Positions 51,090 through 64,000 of a DNA stretch of 64,000 nt are shown piece by piece. Position numbers and translations under genes: made by a program. Under the pieces are notes generated by a model that saw only the letters and a list, made by a program, of their open reading frames with translations, did not search any database and was not told where the DNA came from. Positions within the stretch are counted from its first letter, which is position 1. Each line of letters begins with the position of its first letter. The stretch is from Cirrosporium novae-zelandiae (taxonomy: Eukaryota), in contig JAPETS010000034.1 in the NCBI GenBank assembly GCA_026023565.1, forward strand, positions 248,001 to 312,000, read 5' to 3'.

Positions 51090-51404
51090 TTGAAGAGAAG
51101 AAAAGAAAAAGAAAAGAGAATAGAAAGGCGATGTTGAAATGGGTCTTTAATATTTCTACAGCCTAGGGCTCGGCTAATAAAATTCTGCCCAAGGCAACTC
51201 CAAGTCGGTGAGGACATAGATCCAAGCCTCAACACCAAGGCTTCTACTTCTACTTCATACCTATGCATTTCTTTGCTGGTCAATATTGAAATCTACAAAA
51301 GTTGCTTTTACACCATGAATATTAACATCAATTCTGAATTTTTATTAAGCTTTTAAAAAAATCATCCCGGCCATATCTCATCATCATCACCAATGAACAT
51401 GAAT

Positions 51405-52546
51405 CTAATCTCTTGGTCCCTCAATCAATGTCTTGATGCCCTTTCCTTCCTTGACCGTCTTAAACGCCTCTTCCGCTTGCTCAAATGAAACCTTGCCTGT
51501 AATTAATTCCTTAACACTGACTCTGCCTGTGGTCAACATGTCAACAGCCAATGGCCAATCTCCACTGAAGTATCGGAAGCTGCCCTTGATGATGAGTTCC
51601 TTGCAGCAAGCAGCCATAATAGGGAAAGTAATGTCAGCGGCGCCCATACCGCCTTGGAGGTAGGTACCTCCATTCCTGACTGCGTGAATCGATGTTTGGA
51701 TGCATGATTCAACACCGGTAGCATCAACAACAACGTCGGCACCAGGGCCTAAATTGTTCTCCTTGACCAATCGGGCCGCATTCTGCTGTGGGGTTTCATC
51801 CCTCGATGAAATGAAGCTGGAAGTTGCAGCGTATTTTAGAGCAAAATCCAATCGATGTTTCTGGATGTCGCAAGCAATGATCTTAGAAGCTCCAAAGGCC
51901 TTGGCGCATGCCATAATAAGTAGACCAACTGGTCCACATCCAAACACCACAACGGAATCTCCTGGCTTCACAGCTGCTTGCCGGGTAATATGGACACCGA
52001 TAGCGAGGGGCTCACACAAAGCACCCTCCTCAAGACTGACGTGATCTGGGAGCTTGTAGCAGAAGTCCTCGGGAAGCTTGTAGTATTTGGCGAGGGTACC
52101 ATCATATGGTGGGGTAGCGGCGAATGCCATGTCGGGGCAAAGGTTGTAGAAGCCATCCTTGCAATACTTGCATCGTCGGCAAGGAACACCAGGCTCCATG
52201 CAAACACGGTCACCAACTTTCAGGGATTTGACAGCAGGCCCAACTGCGTGGACGATACCGGCAGACTCATGGCCGAGGACCATGGGATCTTTCACGACAA
52301 AATCGCCAATGGCACCATGGGTCCAGTAGTGAACATCACTGCCGCAAATACCGGTAACCTTGACTCTGATGATGACCTCGTGGGGATCTTTGATCTCAGG
52401 AACTGGCTTGTCCTCGTATTTGACGTTAAAGACCGAGTGAAGCACAAAGGAAGGGTTCTGGATCAAATACATGTATTGTTAGCCTTTCTTCGGTAGATAA
52501 ATTGGGAGCTATTGCAATGAAAGTTCCAATGTACCTGTCCAGCCAT
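51405..52546 (-). CDS. xdhA: Zn-dependent xylitol/sorbitol dehydrogenase (D-xylulose reductase)
   Basis: Exon 1 MAGQ then [18 protein letters not shown], structural Zn CxxCxxC..C, GCGPVG, GSFRY. Confidence 0.9.
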
Positions 52547-52695
52547 GATGTCTATTGTTTCAATTGAATTGAATTCCACAAAACTGTCCGATGATGTTGT
52601 ATTGTTGTAATTCCAAGAAGATATGCTCAACCGTTCTGTCTGGTGTGTTCAACTGTGTGAGTTGAGGTCCTTAAAGATTGAATCAATGTCTCCAT

Positions 52696-52702
52696 GGCTA
52701 AA
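52696..52702. promoter_or_regulatory. Possible XlnR site (GGCTAA) in the xdhA promoter
   Basis: GGCTAAA 150 bp upstream of the xylitol dehydrogenase ATG; short motif that could be chance. Confidence 0.3.
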
Positions 52703-53365
52703 AGGGAACAACTCCATCTCAAGATGATCTGCTGATTCGGCTGATACGCTGATGTGGAAACCCCACCATCTGGATCAATTGCCGGCCTGTGTTTGACGCA
52801 AATGATATCAGCCACGATAAAGCGGATCGCATGTGCAGGAGCCACATTTACATTTTACCGGAGAAGCTGTCATTGGCGGAAGAGAGTCTGTTGGTCGGAA
52901 AAACTAAGACCGAGCCGATCAACTTCAACCTTACTGCCTAGACCCAGAGCACAATATTATCCTCTTCCCTTGTACTCCGGTCATGCGCATATAGAATTCT
53001 GGAGTATCTCCTGTTTAAGATCAGAATGTTTGGAATTATTCATCATGCAGGTACCGTATCTCCGTCTAATCGGCATCCACTTCCTCTCCACCGAATCCAG
53101 CTGTGGTTTCAGCTCCCTCTACGAGTGTTCAAACAATCCACGAATTGTGGAATGCCGTCTAGGACATCTTGCCGAAGTTTTAGCGAGCAGCAAAATAACA
53201 AGTGATTATCAGAAGTCGACAGGAGAGCTGACTGTATTGTTCCAAAGAGCATCAGGAACTAACCACCTGATCTCATACTCCTCCAGTAAAGCCACGCAAG
53301 ACCGCTATTCCCATTGACTACATACCATATACGCCAACCCAGACAGTAATTCCGGCATCCCAAGC

Positions 53366-55978
53366 TTAGAGCCCAAGATATCGCACCGTCAGGCTTCCTT
53401 CCTCACTCTTCTTCAACCCCTTAACCCCAATGAAGACAGTCTCTCCTGGCACAATATCTACACAGTTATCTTCAAATGCCACCGAATCATCATTCGCATA
53501 TAGTGCGACGCCCTTGACGGGCACTTCTGCGGAGATCTGCACCATGGTTGCATCATGGGATACCTTGATGGCTAAGTTCTTCGGTTTCTGCAGATGGGTA
53601 TATTTCAAGGGTTCGGGCCAGTTAACGTATCGGGCAACTTGCTTACCGCTTTCGACAAGATAGGCCGCCACAACCGTCCTCAATTCTTCGTCGGCATTCT
53701 TATGGTGGACAGGTACTTCAAACTTTGTAATTTCAACGCTGCGATTTGCTTCTAGTGTGAAGCCATTGTGTAGAATCTTGGAATACATCTCTTCCCCGGT
53801 AACTACATCCCAAGCCTTCAGCTGCACGTCACAAGTCCGGTTCTCCAACGTGAGATTTGAGGCCCACATTTCAATCTCATAAACTTTCTTGATGTAGGCC
53901 CCGGTGTACTTGTCTTCTGGAATGGCTGTCATAGTTCTCTTGAGGCCAATGGTAATTGGTTCAAGTTCCCGCTTGACTGTATAGTAGGCATGCTTAGGCC
54001 GAAGATAATAGTCCACTATAGCCCATGAAGTGACTGGCCAACAGTCGTTGATTTGCCATACCAGAACCCCCGCACAATATTCTCGACCGGGCCCCTTCCA
54101 CTGGCGCTTCCATAACCGATAAGCGCTGGCTATGCATTCTGCTTGCATGAGCTGCGTGCAATAGACGTACTGCTCGAATGGCTCAAATTTGTACTGCATA
54201 TTTTCCACCAGATACAAAGCTATCCTTCTTTCGTGGCCATCGGCTTTGTTGTGAAAATCGACAGTTGAAGATTGAGGATACCGGTCGGGGTCATTGATAC
54301 CCTCTGGTAAATAAGCATCAATTGTCTTCATGTTTGGAAATGCTTCCATTCCAAACTCGGAGACAAAGCGCCCGACCAGTTTGTCAAAGTTCTGATACTT
54401 TTCTTGAGTACCATGCCAGACATTCCATTGATGCAAATCACCAACGGTGGGATCTGTTGTATTTTTGCCCCCATATGGTGAACCGAAATGGTAATATGTA
54501 TTCGGAACCAGCTCCTTGGTAACATCTACAAGAACTTTCTCATAGATATATCTCGCTGGAAAGTCTGTCTTGAGCCAGCTCTTACTATCATGATTACCAG
54601 GGTCATATGTGAGTCCCTCGCTCTCTTGATATTGATAATCTTCGTTGTTTCCAGCGTAGATGACAATACAAGGATGATGCCTGAGAAGCTTCACATTCTC
54701 AGTGGCTTCTCGTTTCACCGACTCCAAGAATTCTGGATGAGCAGGGTAATTACCACACCCGAAGAGGAAGTCTTGCCATACGAGCACGCCCATTTCATCA
54801 CAAGCATCATAAAATGCCTGAGCTTCAAATATACCGCCTGCCCATACCCGTATCATGACCTGGTTGCCGTCAACTACTAGCTTTACCCAATCTCTGTATC
54901 TTTTTGGGCTAATTCGTGGTAGGAAGTTGTCAGCAGGAATCCAATCACTGCCACCACAAAAGACAGGAATGTTGTTGACTTCAAAGAAGAAGCTTGTTCC
55001 AGGCTGGTCTTCAAGTTTCCGTTGTATGAGTTCTGCTTTTCGTATACCGAGCCTTTTGCTTACAATATCTTCCTTCGTGCCCTTATTCTGTAATGTAGCT
55101 GTAAGATGATACAGAGGTTGTTGGCCATATTTTGCAGGGTACCATAATTTTGGATGCTGAATGTCAAAAGTGGTGGTTGCGAGCCCTCCAGATATGTTTA
55201 CGGTTTGAGATTCAACCGTCTGGTCATCTAACGTCAGTTCAAACGTAACTGTATCTCCTTCCCCTTCGATATCTGCTTTGGTGACTACTCTCGCAGATTC
55301 CAGGGATTTGTCGACGTCGGTGGTGAAGCATAAATCTGATATCCTGGAAGTGTAGACTTCAAGAAGAATAGGTTTCCATGGTCCGCAAGTCATCAAAGTT
55401 GGGCCCCAATCCCATCCCTAGAAACTCGGGTTAGGAGATTGCGAAAATGTTAATGCATGAGCACTGACATAGTGATATTGAGCCTTCCTCACAGCCAGTC
55501 TACTAGGGTCTCCGTTCCAGCAACCCCAATGATGGTTCGGATACTTCTCGACGATTTTCTTACCAATTATATAAGTAGGATCGAATGTAATTTCCAAAAC
55601 ATTGTCCCTATCATAATTGAGTAGCTTCGTTACATTCACTCGTTCAGGAATGAACATGTTATCCGTCTTCAGGATCTGCTGGTGATTGAGAACAACCGTA
55701 GCATATGTGTCCAGTCCATCGAAAGCAAGGACTGCCTTCTCTGAGGTCAATAGCTTTGGAGAAAAGAACGTGGTCTTATAAATCCAGGTCTTTTCGCCAA
55801 CCCATTGAACCAGGTTCTCGTTTTTGCCGATGAAGGGATCTGGAATAAGTTTATTTTGGAGTAGGTCAAGGTGAACATTTGTCGGGAATTGGGCCACAGG
55901 AAGGAACCCTTCCGACTCGCTATCGGCTTGTCTAAACACCCAATTCGTCTGCAAAGATATTACAGTTCGACGAGCCAT
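53366..55978 (-). CDS. mndB: GH2 beta-mannosidase B (no signal peptide)
   Basis: FDGLDTYA, RKAQYHW/GWDWGP (one intron), GGSDWIP, WQDFLFGC, acid/base GNNED, nucleophile RFVSEFGM, WQINDCWP. Confidence 0.92.
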
Positions 55979-56523
55979 ACCTGACGCTGGTTTCGTCGAA
56001 AGAGAGGTGGAAGGAGTGACAAGACCGCACTGGTTTCCCTTGATTTCCATTTTCACAATCCAAAGGCAAACAAGAAAAGAAAATTATTATAGTCTATCAA
56101 AGTGACCTGTCAGACTTCCTATATACCAATCCTAAGAAAGGTAGACTCCAGCCGTCAGGATAAATCTACCATAGACCAGGCCCTCAGAAACAGCACCATG
56201 TCCAAAAGCGGATATAGGGACATCGGGCACACAGTCTTCAGTGGAGCCTTTGAATAGGAAAGCAGTCAGATAGCTAGGATAAGAGCTTATGGGTTGGAGG
56301 CGAAACGGTCCCCTCCGCGTCTCCGCGTTGCATTGATAGCACGGTAGTATACCAGTAGGATGCGATGGTATGTTTATGGATTGTTGAAATCACGGAGTGT
56401 CGGTCCGTATGATAGCCTTCCTCTTTGGGACAAATGACGAGGGGGGAGCAAACAAAGCAAACAAAATGATAGATACACGAAAAAGAATTGAAGCTCTGAT
56501 CTAATCTATAAACTGACAATCCG

Positions 56524-58169
56524 ATGGCCCATAATGTGAGTCGAATTGCCCGGGAGCTGGCTGGCTGTTCCGTACACATTCGAATGCAGCCTCGGCCCCG
56601 TAATCTTAGGGACAGTAGAGAGATTCTCAAAAATCTGGAGAACTTTGGTGAGGTTGTTATGTACCGCAATCTGAAGGTAATAACCATATACACAATCTCT
56701 GTGGTAGAAATACCAGAGCTTCAGCAGCACCAGTTTCCTTTTCTTTTGTAGCTCTTTTTATATCAGGCTAACATACATTTCTTCTCAAGTACGAATCCGA
56801 ACACCCAGCTCCAAATATCGCAGTTGCAATATTCGCAAATGCGTCTTCAGCCCAAAAACTGTTATCCTCTTCTCCCCTCTCCATCTCCTTGGACTCTCAA
56901 CTCCCACAATCTTCCATCTTAATCTCGCCAACTGACCCTCCAGCTAAAAAACCACCCGCGACCACCGGTGGTGGCATAGAAGACATCAATTCCCCATCTA
57001 AGCTAGACAATCCATCCGAGACGGATCGGTTTCCCGATATCGAGGTCTCACCTCCAAGCCCCGAACCACCCAAGCCGTTCCTTACACACCTACACATTTC
57101 TCCATCCTATCTGTCTCACCCCGATTATATATCCCGCCAATACTACTATGGGGAGTGGATCCCCTCTGGGGAAACCCAGGCAGCCCGGGATCTCTCCACA
57201 CGGGTTCCGTATCCCGCATACGCAGACTGCGACATCCGCAAATCAGCTGTTCCACTTCGAGTACGGAACAAAAGATTAGACCTAAGAACCCAACGCCGAG
57301 AAGATGTCCAATCCACGCTTTCGACGCTTGGAGCTACTCCTCCTTCCCATACCCCTACCTCTGGTGACACAGCAAAGCCCCCATACAACAGTATACTCTA
57401 CGCCCTATGTCGCGAGAACCTGCGCGCAGTATCGGAGCAGAACATGTGGAAAGCCACAGGAAGACGAGTTCAGCTAGGCATCAAATCTGCAGCCGAGGAG
57501 CGAGAGATAAACATCAAGAAGGCCGAAGAAAAAAATAAAAACGTACAAGAGAAGCGGCGTCAGAAGGAACGGCAGAAAGAACTTCAAGAAACATATGACG
57601 CAGAACTGGACTTTGAAACCCTCCGGCAGCATGAACCAGCGCCCGGCATGGGGGTTGTGTCCCCCGAAGCCCTGGGCTTGCGCGCACGGCTGAGGCGACA
57701 GGAGGAGGGGATTCAAACGAACTCCCCTGAAGTAGACACCAGTGCTCCTGAAAAGGAAGCCGGCATCGCCACCTCTACCACCACTACGGAGGAATATAAC
57801 CCAGACCCAACTACCACAACCAACGAAGATCCCAACACAACCACCCCATCAAAGCCCACCACCCATTTACCCACCCCCCAACAACCTCCCTCCTCTCCCT
57901 CCCCCACCACCCCCACTCCAAAAGAACCCCCCCAACCCCAAACAATCCTCTCCTACAAAGGAAAACCCCTCTCGGAAATCCACGGAAAATTCGTAAAACT
58001 CCGTCTGGATCTAAAAACCGGGTCGTGGATATTCGAAAGCAGGACCAATGGGGAGTATAGAAGCGAGGAACAGTTTCGGAGGGATATGGTGTGGGTGCAT
58101 TGGAAGAGAGTAGAGGATGGGGAGGGGGGTGGGAATGGAAGGCTTGTGATGAGGGGGAGTACGGAGTAG
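56524..58169 (+). CDS. Hypothetical protein with an RRM-like N-terminal segment and T/P-rich tail
   Basis: Exon 1 VHIRMQPRPRNLRDSREILKNLENFGEVVMYRNLK spliced (intron ~56678-56789) to YESEHPAPNIAVAIF, which continues into the long ORF. Confidence 0.7.
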
Positions 58170-59111
58170 AGGGGAGGTTAGAGCAGATGGAGATTGTATG
58201 GGTATGGTTTTAGGGTGGGGTAGGAGCAATATGGATTCCACGTGCACACATGTGTGTACCATGCATGCGGACATGTAAGCTCCTGAACTGGTATTCCTTC
58301 TCCCCTTACACCCCCCCTCCCGTTATCAAGACCCAGACCCAGTTCACGAGCTTTCTAAGCACGGGAGGGGGAGGGACCTAAATAAATCCATCAAGCCCTC
58401 ACCTTCACAATCTCCATCCCCATCTCCCCCCCATCCTCCATAGGTCAACCCTACTTACATGGGCTAGTTCAAGGGAGGAAGGAAATAAATGGCTTGGAGG
58501 GGGTCTTGGTGTAGATAGAACCAAGATTGGGAGGGGGGGATGAGGATCTGGGTGGAGATTAGTCTTGGGTTCCTTAAGTAAACATAACATTAGACATACA
58601 TAGACAGTAGTCTGGAGACGGATCTCCCTATTTACGGACGGATAGCGAGAGCTACGTTTTGGTTAAAACATTTATCTACTGTTTCAAGATTAGTAAACAG
58701 CATATAGATATGCAATAAAGTTCCTTAAAGTTCGTTTCATTTCGCATCAAGCCTGTCAAGTCTCCCGCAGGAGGATGTCCCCTAAAACCTTAACGTTGTT
58801 CACAACAGCAATTATAGCAATCAGTCAATCCCGTTTCATCCTATTCGTCTGTCCATCAGTCCGTCATACGCTTCCGTTTTGCTCCAGCCTTCTTACTTCT
58901 GTATGCAGCTTCTCCCCACCAACAATATTTTCCTTTGCAGATTAGGCATTCGGAATGACAAAGTATACTTTCTCCCATTTTTATCACCTCAGCTATTTTC
59001 AAGTCGAGAGGAGGTGCAATGTATATGTAGCATGAGCGAACGATCAAGCTTTCTCTCCAATAGTAAGAATGCCAGAACGACGCTTTCGCTCACGCAGACT
59101 CAACATCACAC

Positions 59112-60039
59112 CTACCTATCCTTCTTAGGAACGCTATCAGGGTTGGCCTTTTCATACTCGTCTCCCAGTCTACCATATTCTCTCTGCAAGCCCTCCGCTT
59201 GCTTCTTCATGGCTTCTAATTCATTATCCTTTTTCTTTAGCTCATTCTTGAGTCTTCCAATCTCGCCCGCCTGACCAGCCTCGGCCAATTTCTTGGAGTC
59301 CTTACCCTTGGCAGCAGAACTACCCTCGTAGCGCTTGACTTTCTCTTCAAGACGTAGGACATCGAGGATCATCATATAGGTACGGTTGAGAATGATCGAG
59401 AGGAAGAGTGTAAAGCCACAGAGATACATGTTACGTTGAGAGTAAAATTTGCGAGCTTGAACTTCCATGCGTTGGGAGCCCATTATGGTTGCTCTGGTTA
59501 GGGGATGAAAATTAGTATGATGGCGAGGACTAAGGGGGGGAACATGTCTGACAGAGGAATGAGGAATACAGGATAACATACTCGGCTGTGGCATCCCTCC
59601 TGATGGCATGCAATTCGGCCTCAACACGGTAGACGCGATTAACACTGTCAATGAAGAGAATGAGGATAAAGATAAAACAAATCTACCGATTCAGATGGCG
59701 CTTAGTTTTATGTTCAGCCACAGCGGAATGGAAAGGAATGTACCTTGAGGCCATATTGTAGTTTTGCTATCAGAGGGCTCTCAGAGATGAAGTTGAAAAG
59801 CTTGCGCTTGATTATAAAGGGTAGAGGTATAATCAGGCCTAGGAAGACGGCCATCTCGGCCACCAAAATGGCAAAGACCTTTAAGGATATATTGTTAGCA
59901 ATCAAATTTCCATCATTTTAATAGAGAAGGTCATATCAACCGGAGAGAGGATTAGCGAAGGCATTTTAGATGTTGCCAGGTACAAGTCAATATGTCTAGA
60001 TAAAGATTAGAAACATACCAAAGAATAGTAGAGCGTCAT
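59112..60039 (-). CDS. BAP31: BAP31/BAP29 (Yet-like) ER membrane protein
   Basis: MTLYYSL|VFAILVAEM, LFIDSVNR, ARKFYSQRNMYLCGFTLFLS, coiled coil and C-terminal KKDR (KKxx ER retrieval). Confidence 0.93.
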
Positions 60040-60906
60040 GTTGACTACTTATAGCCACAGACGGAGCCAGTACAAGGAGATGGCTGGGTAAACGCAGTGA
60101 TGATGCAACTTTCAAGATCTGGAGCCGGGGTGGTGGGTGGTAGGTAGATGGAGGATGGCGGATACAAGAGGGGCTGGGAATGGGAATTCCTGCCTCAGCT
60201 GATAATACTAATACTCAGTTTTCAGTTCTTCGCTCTTGGTTCTTAGTTCATTCGCTGGATATGTGGAACAAAGATGTGGTCAAGTATTTAATACTTGATG
60301 GCTGAGGAAGGTGTTTTCAATCTTCCAAGGCAACAACAAGGAAAGAACAGCACAACGGTTTTGGTGGTGGGCAGAAGTGGTAAAGTGGGATGAATGATGA
60401 ATTCTGCTTTCTGATACGTCATCACAGAGATATCCTTGGCAACACAAACTCAAAATTGCACCGCCACTTTTCCACCTCTATCGCTGCCACAGTGTCAACA
60501 ATTGCTATCAAAACTACCTAGGTGCCTAGGTATAGGTATCTATATACTTTAAAGTAGGTCATTTATTAGCTACATCTCATCGATTAAATGCATTCATATT
60601 TATTTTCCCTAGTTTTTTTAGTTTCATGTGTGACATGTCTATGGCATACATCTACATCTATCTATTTATGCCCTCTTTGGGTGATCTACTTGCCCCTCAA
60701 TCACATGCCTCCACGTACTCAATCAAAAAATGCCCTTCAAAAATATTTTAATATTCAAGAACTGTCCTTTTCCAAGGCAGGGATAGAAATCATCATCAGT
60801 CGTCTGATCATATCGTGTTTCATGCAGCACTAGTGACTTGTCAAGGCCACAACATACTTCAGAGATTAATTATCTGATAGTAGATTGTACTCTCTACATG
60901 GTCACA

Positions 60907-63378
60907 TCATCCTTCGGCTTCAATCTCATAGCTGTTCGATTTATGCTTGGGTTCGAAGCGGAAATCTTTGTGTGCCGGCCCCAGGAACATCTCGCTTCAA
61001 AGGATTCAAAGGATTAGCAACCGTCATCAGATAGCCCAAGGGTATCCGGCTCACCTGATTTTGATCCAGTCCTTGTAGTTATCGCTGCCTAGCAGCGTCT
61101 CTAATTCGTTTCGACCTCTGAATGCTGGCGGTCGATCATTAATTTTCGGTGGCAAATACTCCAATAGTCCGAGTGGAACATATCGATGAGTAAAACTCAA
61201 CCATTCCAGTAAGAACCGTCTTGTCAACCCAACCCCAACTTCATCCGACCCCCAGCAATCCAAACCATAGCGGACGTACTGCTCAACCAGGGCGAGCCGC
61301 TCGGTAGCTGACTTGTCCAAATATTGACCCTGTTCAATCTCTTCAAAGATCCAAGGCTTAATCAGAGCCCCTCGAGCGATCATCACCGAGTCAACATTAG
61401 CATGCTCAAGGTGGTTGAAATAATCAACATGCGAATAGCAATCCCCATTCCCAAGAAAATACATCTTTTCGTTGGGTGCTTGAAGCCGAGCATCTGCTTC
61501 TTTGGCCGTATCTGTCACCTCATCTTTCCGTTCATTCATCCGCTTAATCAAAGCAGCGCACTCAGAAATGTACTCCCAATCAGCACTTCGGGTGTATCTC
61601 TGCTGACGGCTTCGACCGTGGAGAGTGATTGCTGCCACACCAGCAGGTCCTTCATCAAAGTCCTTTGCTCCCACTCCTCCATACATTAGTCGGTCAACCA
61701 GTTTATGTGCAGTGGGCTTATTATCTGCAGTACCCATTCGAATCTTGACCGTAATAGGAACTTCTTTGGAGACCGCATTCATGCCCCGTAACATTTTCTC
61801 CAGTTTTGCTTCTCTGTCTAAAAGTGCGGACCCAGCACCTTGTCGAAATATCATATCGATTGGGCATCCACAGTTCATGTCGATGACCCGAAGTTTAGGG
61901 CACAGCTCAGTCAGAATCTCTGTAGCTTTCAAGGCTTGCCACGGTTTGGCGGCTGCTATTTGGGCACCGAATTTTAGGTCCCGGGAATTATCATAAGCGG
62001 TATTGACGATTCCCTGCGGTTTGTATTTTGGAGGCGAAATTTCACACTCGTGAGCCCTCACCAAAGCCCACTCAGACTTTTGTCCTGTTATCAGAGGCAA
62101 ACTCATTGCCATCTCAGAGTACGTCACTTGGGCTCCCAAAGCTACACAAAGTCGACGGAATGGTAAGTTGCCTTGTGTAGTTAATGGAGCAAGGACTGGA
62201 GTTTCAGCACCAAAGTAGACTCGCCTCTTCTCCGAGGGAAGGAAAGGTGGTTCAGTATAAGCAGCCCTGTTATCAAGGGTCTCTTGTGAAGGCTTAGATG
62301 TTTTATCTGTCATCTCTATTTTGCAGTCATTATCATTATCCCTCCCAGACTTGTAGATTTTTCCAAATTCTTGAGCATTTTTCTCCAACCAGTTGTTATA
62401 GGCATCTGCCTTAGGTGTTTGCATCTTCTTTCGAGAAAGAGACATCTTCTGTACTGTAGATACGTTGTTCACTGTATTAAGCTCCATATCTGGGGAGCCA
62501 GACATCTTCTCGTCTTTTCGACTTTCATTTTCTATCAAAACAAGCTCTTTACGCCCATCTTCAGTCACCTGTTCTCTCATATGAGATCCGACGAAGCGGC
62601 ATTTCCAACCTGAGCCACACTTGCCTTTTGTACTCCAAATAGGGCATTTGCCATCAAATGTAGTCAGGTCAGCTCTTTTATAGTTTGTCAAATACTTGCG
62701 TAGGTCATGCTCAAATTTGCACTTCTCTCCAAACTGGCATTCCTTGGGGGAAAATTCTGGATAATTGGCTCGAGATGAGCAAAGGCCCTTCTCGTCCCTT
62801 GAGCTGCCAAAATCTCGGTTTGTGTTTTGGCCCTTGGCCTTTCCACGTTTCTTACGGATACCGGGTTCGGCACTTCCCAGAGTCGCCTCCGCGGCATCAT
62901 CATCAGCCGCTGGTCTTATATCACGGGCATCTTTACATCCTGGTACGCTTATCAAGAATCTGAAGGGGGGGTATTAGTTAGTACGAGCCTGGACAACGGG
63001 ATCCGAGGAGGCAACAAACTCAGCCTTGATTGGAGCTACTCCTTTCTTCCTCTCTGTGGCGGGAGTGTCAGTAGCGGTGTGATTCAAATCGGAATTTGGG
63101 GAGGATTTCAGCGGCTCCTCGAGCTTGATTCTTTTGGCAGGCAACTGCTCCAGGTCGTCCGAGGATGTTTCCGTATTGGGGGCGAGAGCTAACCCACACC
63201 TCTCACGCTTCTCCCCCCCTGTTCCACCAGAATCCTCTGGTCGTGGAGACGCAGGGGGAACTGCTGGGGATGTCATTGGCTCTGGTGGTGGAGCAAGAAG
63301 CGAGTTCCCGGAATCAAACGGGTTTGCTGGAAGCGCCTCAGCTTGGTGGTTTTGCATATTAAAATGTTGATCATTCAT
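60907..63378 (-). CDS. DUS3: tRNA-dihydrouridine(47) synthase
   Basis: KGVAPIKAE, two CCCH zinc fingers, [45 protein letters not shown]; last exon SEMFLGP...PKHKSNSY. Confidence 0.96.
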
Positions 63379-64000
63379 GATTTCATCCAAATATTCACAA
63401 GCTGACGCGGGTTGACGTTAGAGGCGGTCACGAATCAAAACGTTTAAATGAGTTCCGATGAACTTAAGAGGTTAGTATTAAGCTGTAAGTGTAAGTAATC
63501 AAGGTTGGGTATGACAGGAATTTCCAATTGGTAGAGGCTTGATGGGGAGCTGAACGTTATGCTTCCGTATGGGATGGGAAAAACAGGAAACGACAGTCGG
63601 TTGTGCTTGCAGTACTTGAAAGTTAAAGGAATTTTACTCGATTAGGTATCCAGCAGCGGATCTTGCTTCTCTTGGTCGGCTTGGTCCTACCAAAACGCCG
63701 CCATACACGGGCCAAACCAACAGGAAGTACCGGAAATAAAACGATGAAAGAAAACGGATGGATGGGTGGATGGAGAAAAAGATGATAATTAGGATAGAAA
63801 GAGTTTCAGGATATGTCTTAATAAGTTCATAATCATCTACTGTATTGGATGAGAATCTAGACCTTTACTCTGGCCCTCCCCCCCTCTCTCTGGAACCCCC
63901 TTCCATTCCCTCCACTTCTTTTTTTCCCTCGGTTCTGGGTTACTCGCCAGTAAAGTGGTCTCAGGGTCTAACTAAACAAGAGAGAGAGAGAGAGACCTTT

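Noticed and set aside
50954..51283. 109-aa ORF
   Set aside because: Overlaps the RNase P RNA 5' part and a CT tract; non-ATG start.

Overview
Gene-dense, intron-containing DNA from a filamentous ascomycete (Pezizomycotina-type GT..CTRAY..YAG introns). About 20 protein genes are recognisable: a type-B carboxylesterase, a PAS hybrid histidine kinase, two MFS transporters, a FAD amine oxidase, a MACPF pore-forming-domain protein, a 3-hydroxyacyl-CoA dehydrogenase/YWTD fusion, an NCS1 permease, TMA23, THG1, a Clr5-domain protein, RMD8, a triple-dsRBD protein, xylitol dehydrogenase, GH2 beta-mannosidase, BAP31, DUS3 and a few hypotheticals. The ORF track does not show several other elements. The first is the nuclear RNase P RNA gene (minus strand, ~50689-51089), which is followed at once by an intron-like element with an unusually long branch-to-AG distance; this hints at spliceosome-linked 3' processing and is a hypothesis only. 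The others are a 139-bp hAT-like MITE, two paralogous single-transmembrane microprotein genes inside a rearranged duplication at 39.1-43.1 kb, a cluster of decayed genes at 25-27 kb, a GC-AG intron in THG1 and an in-frame stop-free intron in the Clr5 gene. All calls come from manual motif reading; no database searches were run and exon boundaries are manual predictions.
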